NCBI GenBank assembly: GCA_963727505.1
Contig: CAVSGP010000009.1
Span: 256,001-320,000 of the forward strand
Origin: an uncultured Trueperaceae bacterium
GTDB taxonomy: Bacteria; Deinococcota; Deinococci; Deinococcales; Trueperaceae
DNA length: 64,000 bases
Direction of reading: 5' to 3'
Under the pieces are notes generated by a model. The model made no database searches. It was not told where the DNA came from and was given only the letters and a program-made list of their open reading frames with translations. Position numbers and translations under genes: made by a program. This document shows, piece after piece, positions 21,259 to 31,139 of this stretch. Positions within the stretch are counted from its first letter, which is position 1; each line of letters opens with the position of its first letter.

Positions 21259-21276
21259 GTCTCGTATACTCGGCCC

Positions 21277-21696
21277 ATGCGGGGCTTCCTAACGTTCCTG
21301 GTCCTCCTCGTCATCGTGTTCTTCGCCGTCGGGGAGACCCAGGGCTGGTATCTCGGCCTCCCCTCCCACACGCCCGTGTTCGTGTACAAGAGGACGGCGA
21401 CGGGACAGGCGACGCGCCGCACCTTCAATACCGACGCCATCCCGGTTCGCCTCACGGGCGCGGTAAGGCACGGGAACGTCGAGGTCAAGGTGATCTTCCA
21501 GACGCCCGAGAGCATCCAGTCCAGCACACCGGCCGGTCCGCAAGACACCATCTTCGACCGCACCTACCAGACGGGTGAGCGCATCGCCATCGACCAGGCC
21601 TTCAAGGCCGGCCAGGGCGACTACACGATCGTGTTGCAGTTCAACGACGCGACCGGTCTCTTCCGACTGCGCGTCCCCAACGAGAACCAGCTTTGA
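21277..21696 (+). CDS. Hypothetical membrane-anchored/exported protein
   Basis: N-terminal TM 'MRGFLTFLVLLVIVFFAVG', beta-rich domain; TATACT 6 nt upstream. Confidence 0.7.
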   Translation: MRGFLTFLVLLVIVFFAVGETQGWYLGLPSHTPVFVYKRTATGQATRRTFNTDAIPVRLTGAVRHGNVEVKVIFQTPESIQSSTPAGPQDTIFDRTYQTGERIAIDQAFKAGQGDYTIVLQFNDATGLFRLRVPNENQL

Positions 21697-21720
21697 CGGG
21701 GCGGGGCCACGGCGGCTCCG

Positions 21721-22575
21721 CTACCCCCGGTCCTTCCGCCGCGCCCGCTCCATCGCGTCCCAGGTCTCCTGCGGTACCGCGTCGAGCACGTTGAACTCGC
21801 CGGCGCCGTAGCTGTGCTCGCCGCCGTCGATGTAGATCACGTCGCCGGTGATGAAGCCTGCCTGGTCGGAGAGCAGGTAGCTCGCCAGGTTCGTCAGCTC
21901 CTCGTGACGCCCCACGCGACCGAGGGGGATGCGGCGCTCGAACAGGGCCTGGATCTCCTCGGTGGGCATCAGCCGGCTCCAAGCGCCCTCGGTGGGGAAG
22001 GGTCCCGGCGCGATGGCGTTCAGCCGGATCCCGTACTTGCCCCACTCCCCGGCCAGCGAGCGGGTGAGCGACACCACCCCTGCCTTGGCGACCGCCGACG
22101 GCACGACGTACCCGGAGCCCGTCTCTGCGTAGGTCGTGGCGATGCTCAGCACGGCACCGTGCTCTCCCCGGGCGATCCAGCGCTTGCCGAGCTCCAGCGT
22201 GCAGTAGACCGAGCCGTGGAGCACGATCCCGAGGACGGCATCGAACGCCCCGGGGCTGAGCCGCTCGGTGGGGGAGATGAAGTTCCCGGCGGCGTTGTTG
22301 ACGAGCGCATCGACCCGGCCGAAGCGCGCTTCGACGGCGTCGAAGAGACCGGGTACGCTCCCGGCGTCGCGCACGTCGAGCGCGTATGGCAGGACCTCGC
22401 CGCCGGTCTCCCCGGCGAGCGCTTCGGCCTCGCGCTCGAGCACCTCGAGGCGACGGCTCGCGATGGCGACGCGCGCTCCGAGCTGCAGGAAGCGCTGGCT
22501 CATGCTGCGGCCCAGACCGGTGCCGCCTCCGGTGACGACGATGACCTTGCCTTCGAGGAGTCCGTCCTGGAACAT
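21721..22575 (-). CDS. SDR oxidoreductase, 2,4-dienoyl-CoA reductase-like
   Basis: 'TGGGTGLG', 'NNAAGNF', 'SAVAKAGV', 'IAPGPF'. Confidence 0.88.
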   Translation of the reverse strand: MFQDGLLEGKVIVVTGGGTGLGRSMSQRFLQLGARVAIASRRLEVLEREAEALAGETGGEVLPYALDVRDAGSVPGLFDAVEARFGRVDALVNNAAGNFISPTERLSPGAFDAVLGIVLHGSVYCTLELGKRWIARGEHGAVLSIATTYAETGSGYVVPSAVAKAGVVSLTRSLAGEWGKYGIRLNAIAPGPFPTEGAWSRLMPTEEIQALFERRIPLGRVGRHEELTNLASYLLSDQAGFITGDVIYIDGGEHSYGAGEFNVLDAVPQETWDAMERARRKDRG

Positions 22576-22681
22576 GGTGGCCTCATCTTGGCATGGTGAC
22601 GCCGCGGGCGTGGAACGGTGCCGTCGTGATGTGCGATTTCCAGGTGCTCGTGGGTGCCATGCGAAGCCATACTGGCCTCGC

Positions 22682-23797
22682 ATGCGCGCGCACTCTCTCG
22701 TCCCTTTCGTGCTCGCTCTGGGTGTCCTCCTGTCGCTTTCCAGCGCCTGGGCGGGCGCCACCGTGCGGGTCCTGCTGGCGACGACGTCGCAGGCCGTGGT
22801 GGTCGCCGACGGCGCCCACAGCGGCACCGTCGACGGGGCGCGCACCTTCCATGCCGGCGCCGGACTACGCTGGCCCGTGAGCGAGCAGGGTGGCGCCCTG
22901 ATCGTCGACGGCGCCCGCCTCGGACACACCCTGGTGCTGACGGGCGACGGGGCGCCGCTCACCTTCGGGGGCCACCGCTACCGCGGTTCGCTGCGCCTGA
23001 TCGCAACGGCGGCGGGCGTCGAGGTCGTGAACGTGCTCGACGTCGAGGCCTACCTGCGCGGCGTGGTCCCCGCCGAGATGTCGGCCAGCTGGCCGATGGC
23101 GGCTTTGGAGGCGCAGGCGGTCGCCGCGCGCAGCTACGCGCTCAGCTCCCTTCGCCCGGGGGCGAACTACGACCTGTGCGCTACGGTCGACTGCCAGGTC
23201 TACCGCGGCATGGACGCCGAGCACGCGCGCTCCGACCGGGCCGTGGCGGAGACCGAAGGGATCGTGGTCACCTACGCTGGCCAGGTCGCGCGGACCTACT
23301 ACCATGCCGATTCCGGGGGCGCCACGGCGTCGAGCAGCGAGGTGTGGGGTACTGCCGTGCCGTACCTCGTCGCGCGGGCCGACGCGGCGGCGCCGAGTGG
23401 CGTCGATCGCTGGAGCGTCCGCCTCGATGCTCCCACCGTTGCCGCGTCCCTGGCGCGCCTGGGCAAGCACGTGGGCAACGTGACCGGGTTGCGGGTGCTC
23501 CAGCGCAGCGGCTCGGGCCGCGTCGATCTGCTCGAGGTGCTGGGGAGTTCCGGGAGCGCGACGGTGACCGGCGTGCAGCTCGGCGAGCTGGCCCGCGGTT
23601 GGGGGCTGCGTTCGACGCGGTTCTCGGTGATCTCAGGGCTGAACGTACGGGGCGAAGGCTGGGGACACGGCGTCGGCATGAGCCAGTACGGCGCGCGGGC
23701 GCTGGCCGAACAGAGCTACGACTACACGCAGATCCTCGGCTACTACTACCCCAACACCCGACTCGTTCGGTGGGTCTACAGCACGGCAGGAGGCTGA
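22682..23797 (+). CDS. SpoIID/LytB domain protein (peptidoglycan lytic transglycosylase)
   Basis: Signal peptide; 'YLRGVVPAEM', 'EAQAVAARSY', 'CQVYRG', 'GWGHGVGMSQYGA'. Confidence 0.9.
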   Translation: MRAHSLVPFVLALGVLLSLSSAWAGATVRVLLATTSQAVVVADGAHSGTVDGARTFHAGAGLRWPVSEQGGALIVDGARLGHTLVLTGDGAPLTFGGHRYRGSLRLIATAAGVEVVNVLDVEAYLRGVVPAEMSASWPMAALEAQAVAARSYALSSLRPGANYDLCATVDCQVYRGMDAEHARSDRAVAETEGIVVTYAGQVARTYYHADSGGATASSSEVWGTAVPYLVARADAAAPSGVDRWSVRLDAPTVAASLARLGKHVGNVTGLRVLQRSGSGRVDLLEVLGSSGSATVTGVQLGELARGWGLRSTRFSVISGLNVRGEGWGHGVGMSQYGARALAEQSYDYTQILGYYYPNTRLVRWVYSTAGG

Positions 23798-23826
23798 GCT
23801 CGCCCCGGGACGCGGACTGCCGCGCG

Positions 23827-24111
23827 TCAGCCGCGTGCCAGACGGACGGCGCTGATCATCTCCTCGATGTCGCCCCGCCCCTCGCTGAAGTCGGCCTGGC
23901 AGGAGTCGAGGAACCTCTCGAGGATCACATCGCCCGTTGCGTCCAAAGCCTTGCGGACGCCCGCGAGGAGGATCAGGACGTCGTGGCAGTCGCGGCCATC
24001 GTCGATCATCTTCTGCAGGCCTCGCACCTGCCCTTCGAGGCGCCTCAGCCGGTTGATGATCTTGCGCTTCTCGTCGTCACTGATGTTCAAGGCTCGCTCC
24101 AAACGGGCCAC
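23827..24111 (-). CDS. CsoR/RcnR-family transcriptional repressor
   Basis: 'NRLRRLEGQVRGLQKMI..GRDC.DVL', second Cys in 'FLDSC'. Confidence 0.88.
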   Translation of the reverse strand: MARLERALNISDDEKRKIINRLRRLEGQVRGLQKMIDDGRDCHDVLILLAGVRKALDATGDVILERFLDSCQADFSEGRGDIEEMISAVRLARG

Positions 24112-24164
24112 GCGACCCCAGGGTTGCTGTGGGCGCATCGGTGCAGGCCGTGCCCCGAGCATGG

Positions 24165-24184
24165 TACCCACTGGGGGTATTATA
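24165..24184 (-). promoter_or_regulatory. CsoR-type operator abutting a TATAAT -10 box
   Basis: TACCC-ACT-GGGGGTA (24165-24179); minus-strand TATAAT at 24179-24184. Confidence 0.75.
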
Positions 24185-24310
24185 AGCGATTCGCGGTTCG
24201 CTCGCAGGGACGTGTGGCCCACAGCGGGGCGCGCGCCGCGCCCCGCGCGGTCACGGCGGGGCGGCGCCGACCTGCTACCCTGGAGCCGTGGCACAAGGAC
24301 GGGATCCGGG

Positions 24311-24619
24311 GTGAACTACGTGGCGCTGCTGGCCGTGCTGGCCGCCACGTCGTTCGTGCTTCCGCTTCTGGTCCAGGGCTGCGAGGTCCTCGGATTGCAG
24401 CGTAGCGCGAGCGTCGCAGTATCTCTGGTACTCGCTTCCGGATGGTTGGCGTTCTGGGTGACCCGCGCCGTCAGGCTGGCAACGCGCCCGCGTGCGCGCG
24501 AAGCGCGGCGTGCTTCGCGCTCCCGGAGGGGCTCGGCCGGAGCCTCCGCGGCCGGCGTTGCCGACGGCACCGCTCTTCGAATGGTGGAAGCCGAGGAGGA
24601 GAGCCGTGCGGGCATATAG
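24311..24619 (+). CDS. Small hypothetical membrane protein (2 TM)
   Basis: 'MNYVALLAVLAATSFVLPLL...SVAVSLVLASGWLAFWV'. Confidence 0.5.
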   Translation: MNYVALLAVLAATSFVLPLLVQGCEVLGLQRSASVAVSLVLASGWLAFWVTRAVRLATRPRAREARRASRSRRGSAGASAAGVADGTALRMVEAEEESRAGI

Positions 24620-24818
24620 GGGGCGCGTCCAGGGCGGGCAGGTGATGCTCGAGGAAGGCGTGCGGCTTCCCGAGGGCGCGACCGTCACGGTCACCATCGG
24701 CGAGGCGGAGTTCATTCGGGCGACGTTGCGTGCCGCGTTGCGACGCAACACCCGCCGCCGGAGCCGCGGCCGGATGCTCAGACCGGTCTATATGCAGGCC
24801 CACGGCCGCGCCCGGTGA
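24606..24818 (+). CDS. Small AF2212/DUF104-like (AbrB-fold) protein
   Basis: 'MRAYRGRVQGGQVMLEEGVRLPEGATVTVTI'; GGAGGAG RBS; GTGA overlap with rsmI. Confidence 0.6.
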   Translation: MRAYRGRVQGGQVMLEEGVRLPEGATVTVTIGEAEFIRATLRAALRRNTRRRSRGRMLRPVYMQAHGRAR

Positions 24819-25636
24819 GCCGGCTCAGCCTCGTTCCCACCCCGATCGGCAACCTCGAGGACATCACCCGGCGCGCGCTCGACGTGCTGCGGCAGGCCGA
24901 CGTGGTGGCTGCCGAGGACACCCGGCGCAGCCGCGTGCTGCTGGATCACTACGCCATCGCGACGCCGCTCGAGCGGCTGGACGCCCACACCATGGAGGCC
25001 CGGGCGGCGGCGCTTCTCGAGCGTCATGAGCACGTCGCCTACGTGACCGATGCGGGCACCCCCGGGGTCAGCGATCCCGGTGCCGAGCTCCTGCGGCGCG
25101 CCGTGGCGATGGGGATCGCCGTGGAGGCGCTTCCGGGACCCACGGCCTTCGTGCCTGCGCTGGTGCTCTCGTGCCTGCCGGTCGCGCGGTTCACGTTCGA
25201 GGGGTTCTTGCCCCGCAAGGGCGCCGAGCGGCGCCGCCGGCTCGAGGCCGTCGCCGCCTCCACCGCCACGACCGTGCTGTACGAGGCGCCCCAGCGCGTG
25301 GCGGGCACGCTGCGCGACCTCGCTTCCGCCTGTGGGGAGGAGCGGGCGGCCAGTGTCAGCCGGGAGCTCACCAAGCGCTTCGAGACCACCGTGCGCGGCA
25401 CCCTCGCCGCGCTGGCGCAGCGTTACGGCACGGAGCGGGCGCGCGGGGAGATCGTGGTGGTGGTGGGGCCGGCGGAGCCCGCCGATGCCGCCGACGAGCA
25501 CCGGAGAGTGGTCGAGGCGCTCGTCGGCGCCGGTGTGCGGGGCTCCACCCTGCGCACGGCCCTCGAGGCGCTGGGCGTGCCCCGCAACGACGCCTACGCG
25601 GCCGCGCTGCGGTTCCCCGATGGCGCCGCCGACTGA
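24815..25636 (+). CDS. rsmI: 16S rRNA (cytidine1402-2'-O)-methyltransferase
   Basis: 'TPIGNLEDIT', 'AEDTR', 'DAGTPGVSDPG', 'FEGFLP', 'RELTK'. Confidence 0.95.
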   Translation: MSRLSLVPTPIGNLEDITRRALDVLRQADVVAAEDTRRSRVLLDHYAIATPLERLDAHTMEARAAALLERHEHVAYVTDAGTPGVSDPGAELLRRAVAMGIAVEALPGPTAFVPALVLSCLPVARFTFEGFLPRKGAERRRRLEAVAASTATTVLYEAPQRVAGTLRDLASACGEERAASVSRELTKRFETTVRGTLAALAQRYGTERARGEIVVVVGPAEPADAADEHRRVVEALVGAGVRGSTLRTALEALGVPRNDAYAAALRFPDGAAD

Positions 25637-25768
25637 ACGCCCGCGAACGATCACGCGTTCGAGGCCTGCCGCGGGGCGGCGGCGCCCGATGTCGGCGGAG
25701 GACCCGGTGACGGCGGGCGACGGGGTAGGATTCATGGGTTGCGCCGACAGGCGCACGGGAGAGAAACC

Positions 25769-28700
25769 ATGCACGTGGCCACGCCCCGTTCGCTTGGGAC
25801 CGGGCGCGTCCTGGGTCAGCCCAGCGCAGCGCGCCTCGCGCTCTTCGCGCGCCACGACGGTCCCGCCATCCTGCTCACCACCTCCGAACGCCTGGAGCTC
25901 TTCGCCGACGCCCACCTGTTCGGTGAGGCCGCCAGCGTCGACCCCGCTCTGACCGACTGGTTCGAACGGCGCGACAAGGTCGTGCTCAGCCTCGACAACG
26001 CGCTCCGGCGCTTCCCCGACGATCCCGCTGAGCTGGCGCTCGACCTCCATCTGGGGGGCGACTACCCCCGCGACGCGCTGCTCGAACGGCTCCTCGCCTA
26101 CGGCTACGAACGCGACGCGCTTCCCGGCTTCACGGTGCGGGGCGACACCATCTCGCTCTACGCGGATGCCGACGCGCCGGACGACGAGCTGCGGCTGTCG
26201 TTCTTCGGAACCGAGCTCGACGGTCTGACCCGCGCGGGCCGCTCGCTGGAGCGCGCCATGCTCGCACCGCTCGACGGCGCCTCGCTGGACCGCAGCGGCT
26301 GGACCACACGCCTGATCGAGCACCTGCCCGGGACGGTTTTCCTCGACGTGCCGGAGCTGTTCGCCGGCGAGATCGGCGACGAGGGTCGGACACAGTGGCT
26401 GTGGCGCAGCCTTGCCGAGCGAACCGTGGTCTCCTTCGGGCGCGACCCGCTCGACCTGAGCGTCGCGAGCGTGCCGCTCGAACCGCTGGGGTACTACCGA
26501 GGCAAGCTGCGCGACGTGGCCGCGGACGTGGAGACCTGGGTACGCGACGGTTACAGCGTGCACGTGATGCTGAAGTTCGAGCGCACCGGCCGCTACCTGC
26601 GTGAGAAGGTCATCGAGTACCTCTCCAACGCCTGGCGTGCCCGCGTCGAGCACCGTCCCGGCGAGGTGTCGCTGGTGCTCGGCCGCGGGGTGCGCGGCGG
26701 CTACCGTGACCCCGAGCGCATGGAGGTGGTGCTCAGCGAGGAGCTCCTCTACGGCTACCAGGGCGGCCGTCGGCTCGGCAAACTGCCCGGCCGGAGCGTT
26801 CACGACGCCTCCCAGCTCACGGTCGGCGACTACCTCATCCATCCCGACCACGGCATCGGGCGCTTCCTGGGGCTCGAAGCACGCCAGGTGGTCGGCGTGA
26901 CGCGCGACTACCTGCAGCTCCAGTACGCCGGCGAGGGCAAGCTCTACCTACCGGTCGAGCAGCTACCGCTGCTGCGGCGCCACCCCGGCACCACCGACGA
27001 TCCGCCGCGCCTGTCGACGCTGGGCACGAACGAGTGGGCGCGCGCCCGGGAGCGGGCGCGGGTCAGCGCGCACGAGCTGGCCGCGGAGCTCATCAAGACC
27101 TACGCGGCGCGTCAGGTGAGCGAGGGCACGGCGTTCCCGCCCTCGCAGGAATGGGATCTACTGATCGAGGCGAACTGCCCGTTCACGCTCACCGTGGATC
27201 AGGCGAGCTCGGTCGAGGACACGCTCGGCGATATGGCGCGCGAGGTCCCCATGGACCGTCTGATCTCGGGCGACGTCGGCTTCGGCAAGACCGAGGTGGC
27301 CATCCGAGCGGCGCATCGCGCCGTGGGCAACGGCGCTCAGGTCGTCATGATGGTGCCTACGACGGTCCTGGCGCGGCAGCACTACGACACCTTCCGGGAG
27401 CGGTTCGAGGGGCTTCCTGTTCGTGTCGAGATGCTCTCGCGCTACACCTCGGATCGGGACGCGCGCGCCATCTTCAAGGGCCTGGCCGACGGCACGGTGG
27501 ACATCGTCATCGGTACCCATCGCCTGCTCAATGAGGCGCTCAGCTACAAGCGGCTGGGCCTGCTGGTGGTCGACGAGGAGCACCGCTTCGGGGTGGGGCA
27601 GAAGGAGAAGCTCAAGGGGCTCAAGGCCAACCTCGACGTGCTGTCGCTATCGGCGACCCCGATCCCGCGGACGCTCTACATGAGCCTGGTGGGGCTGCGC
27701 GACGTGTCCCAGATCATGACCCCGCCGGAGGGCCGAAAGCCGATCCAGACGGTGCTGCAGCCGTACGACCCGATGGTCGTGCGGGAGGCGGTGCTGTTCG
27801 AGATCGAGCGCGGCGGCAAGGTGTTCTACATCTTCGACCGCATCGGCGCCATGAGCCTGCGGGCCCGCACCCTGTCCCAACTGGTGCCGGAGGCGCGCAT
27901 CGGTGTGGCGCACGGACAGATGGACGCGAGCGCACTCGAGGACATCATGCTCGGCTTCGAGGAGGGCGCCTTCGACGTGCTGCTATCGACCACCATCGTG
28001 GAGTCCGGGCTCGACATCTCCGGGGCCAACACGTTGGTGATCGAGCGCGCCGACCGGCTCGGGCTGGCGCAGCTCTACCAGCTGCGCGGGCGCGTCGGCC
28101 GGCGCGAGACCGAGGCGTGGGCGTACCTGCTCTACCCGGGGAAGCTGACCGAACAGGCGCAGCGCAGGCTCTACGCCATCGCGGAGCTCAACGATCTCGG
28201 GTCCGGGCACCTGCTGGCCGAGAAGGACATGGAGATCCGAGGCGTGGGCAACCTGCTCGGCCCCGAGCAGCACGGCCAGATCGCGGCGGTCTCGATCGAG
28301 GTCTACACCGAGTTGCTGGCCGAGGAGATCGCCAAGCTCAAGGGGGAGAAGGCGGCCGACGAGGTGCCCCCGGTCAGCATCGACCTCAACCTCGACGCCC
28401 GCCTCAGCCCTAGCTATATCCAGGACGACGACGTGCGCATCAACTTCTACGGTCGCTTCTCGGAGACCGGCAACCTGGCCGAGGTGAGCCGCATCGCCAA
28501 GGAGATGCGGGAGGCCTACGGGCCCTTCCCCGCCGAGGTCAAGGCCTTCGTGGAGCTGGTGCGGCTGCGGCTGCTGGCGGCCGGCAAGGGTGTCGCCACG
28601 GTCAAGGAGCACATGACGGACATCCAGATCAGCTTCGCCGATGACCTCAACAGCCTCGACTTCGACAACCGCAAGCTCAAGGCGCTGCCGGTTTCGGTCG

Positions 28701-28801
28701 AGGCGACGCGCTACCCGCCCGGTTTCAGCATCAAGAAGCGCGGCCTCAAGCCCGACGGCATGGTCTCGGCCATCCAGGACGTGCTCTACCTGGTCGGCTG
28801 A
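25769..28801 (+). CDS. mfd: Transcription-repair coupling factor
   Basis: CarD/RID '[11 protein letters not shown]', '[11 protein letters not shown]', 'DEEHRFG', 'SATPIPRT', 'QLRGRVGR', TRCF C-terminus. Confidence 0.95.
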   Translation: MHVATPRSLGTGRVLGQPSAARLALFARHDGPAILLTTSERLELFADAHLFGEAASVDPALTDWFERRDKVVLSLDNALRRFPDDPAELALDLHLGGDYPRDALLERLLAYGYERDALPGFTVRGDTISLYADADAPDDELRLSFFGTELDGLTRAGRSLERAMLAPLDGASLDRSGWTTRLIEHLPGTVFLDVPELFAGEIGDEGRTQWLWRSLAERTVVSFGRDPLDLSVASVPLEPLGYYRGKLRDVAADVETWVRDGYSVHVMLKFERTGRYLREKVIEYLSNAWRARVEHRPGEVSLVLGRGVRGGYRDPERMEVVLSEELLYGYQGGRRLGKLPGRSVHDASQLTVGDYLIHPDHGIGRFLGLEARQVVGVTRDYLQLQYAGEGKLYLPVEQLPLLRRHPGTTDDPPRLSTLGTNEWARARERARVSAHELAAELIKTYAARQVSEGTAFPPSQEWDLLIEANCPFTLTVDQASSVEDTLGDMAREVPMDRLISGDVGFGKTEVAIRAAHRAVGNGAQVVMMVPTTVLARQHYDTFRERFEGLPVRVEMLSRYTSDRDARAIFKGLADGTVDIVIGTHRLLNEALSYKRLGLLVVDEEHRFGVGQKEKLKGLKANLDVLSLSATPIPRTLYMSLVGLRDVSQIMTPPEGRKPIQTVLQPYDPMVVREAVLFEIERGGKVFYIFDRIGAMSLRARTLSQLVPEARIGVAHGQMDASALEDIMLGFEEGAFDVLLSTTIVESGLDISGANTLVIERADRLGLAQLYQLRGRVGRRETEAWAYLLYPGKLTEQAQRRLYAIAELNDLGSGHLLAEKDMEIRGVGNLLGPEQHGQIAAVSIEVYTELLAEEIAKLKGEKAADEVPPVSIDLNLDARLSPSYIQDDDVRINFYGRFSETGNLAEVSRIAKEMREAYGPFPAEVKAFVELVRLRLLAAGKGVATVKEHMTDIQISFADDLNSLDFDNRKLKALPVSVEATRYPPGFSIKKRGLKPDGMVSAIQDVLYLVG

Positions 28802-28827
28802 GGACGGGTGCCGGGGAGGCCAAGGAA

Positions 28828-28860
28828 GAGGGCCCGGAGTCGTAACGACTCCGGGCCCTC
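28828..28860. terminator. Bidirectional terminator hairpin
   Basis: gagggcccggagtcgt-a-acgactccgggccctc between convergent mfd and OMP genes. Confidence 0.75.
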
Positions 28861-28887
28861 GCGTTCTTGCTTACGCAAGAGCGTGGC

Positions 28888-29376
28888 TCAGAAGTGGTAG
28901 TTGACGCCGATCGCGCCGCGGGGGCCGAAGCCGCCGAACAGGTAGCCGCCCGCACCGTTGAACCAGTACGTGTAGCCCGCACCGAGCTCGCCGAAGGCGC
29001 CGAACTGCTCGTTGATGCGGTACTCGGCTCCTACGACGCCGCTAACGCCGATGCCCAGACCGATGCCGTAGAACCCGTAGCCGACGTTGGGGCCGCCACC
29101 GACGTAGACGTCGACGGGAGCACTCTGCAACTGGGCCACGGTGTAGAGGACGTCGGCACCCAGGTTGAGGTTCCAGAAGCCGTACGACAGGCGGCCGCGG
29201 ATGTCGATACCGTTGCCCACCGCGTTGTTGACGCCGTAGTACAGCTGGAACGGGTAGCCGAGGCCGATCCCGGCCCACTGCGTCGTGTTGTACTGCACGC
29301 CCATATCGCTCTGCGCGAATGCGGCGCCCACCCCGAAGACCGTGATGGCCAGCAGCGTAATTAGGACTTTGCGCAT
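28888..29376 (-). CDS. Small outer-membrane beta-barrel protein
   Basis: Signal peptide 'MRKVLITLL...AAFA'; alternating Gly/aromatic strands; C-terminal 'GVNYHF' beta-signal; GGAGG RBS. Confidence 0.8.
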   Translation of the reverse strand: MRKVLITLLAITVFGVGAAFAQSDMGVQYNTTQWAGIGLGYPFQLYYGVNNAVGNGIDIRGRLSYGFWNLNLGADVLYTVAQLQSAPVDVYVGGGPNVGYGFYGIGLGIGVSGVVGAEYRINEQFGAFGELGAGYTYWFNGAGGYLFGGFGPRGAIGVNYHF

Positions 29377-29430
29377 GCAAACCCTCCAAACGAGATTGAG
29401 AAGATCAGGACGGTCTCCTCGCCTCCGCCG

Positions 29431-29459
29431 TTTATAGCACAACGGAAGTTGCCTCACAA
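29431..29459 (-). promoter_or_regulatory. Sigma70-type promoter of OMP gene
   Basis: Minus strand TTGTGA-17 nt-TATAAA with extended TG. Confidence 0.5.
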
Positions 29460-29540
29460 GTAGGCAAGTTCACACGCTTGCGATGCCTATCGCATTTTCG
29501 AGCAATCGTCAAGACCTCTGAGCGGTCGAAACGACCCGGC

Positions 29541-29891
29541 TCAATCGCTCGAGAAGCGCTCGCGAATCCGGCGTCGCGCATCGCGCTCGAGCGGCGCCTG
29601 CCGGTTGCACTCCGGAAGGCGACCGTGTCGCCGCCCGTAGTCGGCGAGGAGGGCCGCCTCCTCGGCCTGCGGCACTCGGCTATGCCGGTAGCGCCAGAAC
29701 GCCGCCTGGGCCGCCACACAGCCGCCTGCGGCGAGGTGTTGCCGCAGGCGGTTGGGGACGTCGCGGGCCGATTGCCCCACGTAGATGGTGCGGCGTTGTT
29801 CGTCGGCGATCTCGTACACGCCGGGCATGGCGTCCCGGCCCTTCGGCGCGGGCAGCCTGTCGAGACGGCGCCAGCGGGCGGCGATGGCCAC
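29541..29891 (-). CDS. Stand-alone GIY-YIG-like domain protein
   Basis: 'PGVYEIAD...IYVGQS..VPNRLRQH', conserved E and 'PECN'. Confidence 0.75.
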   Translation of the reverse strand: MAIAARWRRLDRLPAPKGRDAMPGVYEIADEQRRTIYVGQSARDVPNRLRQHLAAGGCVAAQAAFWRYRHSRVPQAEEAALLADYGRRHGRLPECNRQAPLERDARRRIRERFSSD

Positions 29892-29912
29892 ATCGACCCG
29901 ATCCCCGGAGCG

Positions 29913-30908
29913 CTAGAGCTCGTAACCGAGCTCGCGCAGGGCCTCGCGATCCTCGCGCCACGCCGGCCGGACCACCACGTCGAGCTCGAGGAAGAGGTGC
30001 TCGTCCATGAAGATCTCGAGCTGCTTGCGAGCGGTACGGCCGATCTCCTTGATCATGGCTCCGCCCTTGCCGATCACGATGCGGCGATGACCGACCTTCT
30101 CGACCCAGATCTCGGCGGTGATGACGACGGGCTCGTCGACGTCGGGTTCGGGATCATGCCAGTCCACCACCAGGACGGCCACCGCGTAGGGGAGCTCCTG
30201 CCGCAGGTGCAGCATGGCGCTCTCGCGGATCAACTCGGCCACCCACTGCTCGCGGGTCTGGTCGCTGCGGATGTCGGGGGGGAAGAAGAAGGGGGCGAGA
30301 GGCAGCGCCTCCATCAGATCGTCGCGCAAGGCGTAAACGGCCTTGGGATCGTTCAGGGCGGAGAGCGCCAGGACCCGCTCAGCGTTCGGGAAGAGCTCCT
30401 TGTACAGCGAGAGCGCCTCGTCCGGGTAGCGGGCGGCGTCGAGCTTGTTGCCCAGCAGGATCACACGTGTGCTGGGCGCGAGACCGCTCAGCATGCGGGC
30501 GACCTCGCGGTCCTCCGGCGTGGGTGGGTGCCGCAGGTCGGTGACCCACAGGACGACGTCCACGTCCACCACGGCGTCGCGGATCTCGCGACGCATGTAG
30601 TCGTCGAGCGCCGAGTGGCCTTTGCGGTGCAGGCCAGGCGTGTCGACGAACACCAGCTGGCGTCCCTCGTTCGTGTAGATGCCGCGCACGCCTCGTCGCG
30701 TGGTCTGGGGCTTTGGTGTGATCGGCGCGACCTTCACGCCTAGCAGGGTGTTGAGCAGCGTCGACTTGCCCACGTTCGGCTTGCCGAGGATGGCGACGAA
30801 GCCGGAGTGGGTAGGTGGTGCCTCGTCCTCGCCGGCGTTCGCCGCCGGGTCTTCGGGTTCCTTGGCGTGGAGGAGTGCTTCGAGGTGATCAGAGTTCAGG
30901 TCCGTCAC
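29913..30908 (-). CDS. era: GTPase Era
   Basis: 'GKPNVGKS', 'PQTTR', 'DTPG', 'NKLD', KH 'VIGKGG'. Confidence 0.96.
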   Translation of the reverse strand: MTDLNSDHLEALLHAKEPEDPAANAGEDEAPPTHSGFVAILGKPNVGKSTLLNTLLGVKVAPITPKPQTTRRGVRGIYTNEGRQLVFVDTPGLHRKGHSALDDYMRREIRDAVVDVDVVLWVTDLRHPPTPEDREVARMLSGLAPSTRVILLGNKLDAARYPDEALSLYKELFPNAERVLALSALNDPKAVYALRDDLMEALPLAPFFFPPDIRSDQTREQWVAELIRESAMLHLRQELPYAVAVLVVDWHDPEPDVDEPVVITAEIWVEKVGHRRIVIGKGGAMIKEIGRTARKQLEIFMDEHLFLELDVVVRPAWREDREALRELGYEL

Positions 30909-30948
30909 GGTGCCCGTCCTCTCCTTTTGGGGTTTGGCTGCAAGAAGA

Positions 30949-30974
30949 CGGAGGGGCCCCGGGGGGCCCCTCCG
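30949..30974 (-). terminator. Intrinsic terminator after tRNA
   Basis: cggaggggcccc-gg-ggggcccctccg followed on the minus strand by TCTTCTT. Confidence 0.7.
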
Positions 30975-30981
30975 AGCATGT

Positions 30982-31058
<77 letters not shown>

Positions 31059-31072
31059 GCGCAGCAAAGACA

Positions 31073-31102
31073 AGTGTAGCCCTCGTTGAGCGGGCGTGTC
31101 AA
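31073..31102 (-). promoter_or_regulatory. Consensus sigma70 promoter for the tRNA
   Basis: TTGACA-18 nt-TACACT on minus strand. Confidence 0.8.
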
Positions 31103-31139
31103 GCGGCAGCGAACCACCGTCGACCGCGCTCCGGCCCTC

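Noticed and set aside
22682..23797. SpoIID (and SpoIVB) domains as evidence of sporulation
   Set aside because: Both domains are widespread in non-sporulating bacteria; the context is diderm envelope biogenesis
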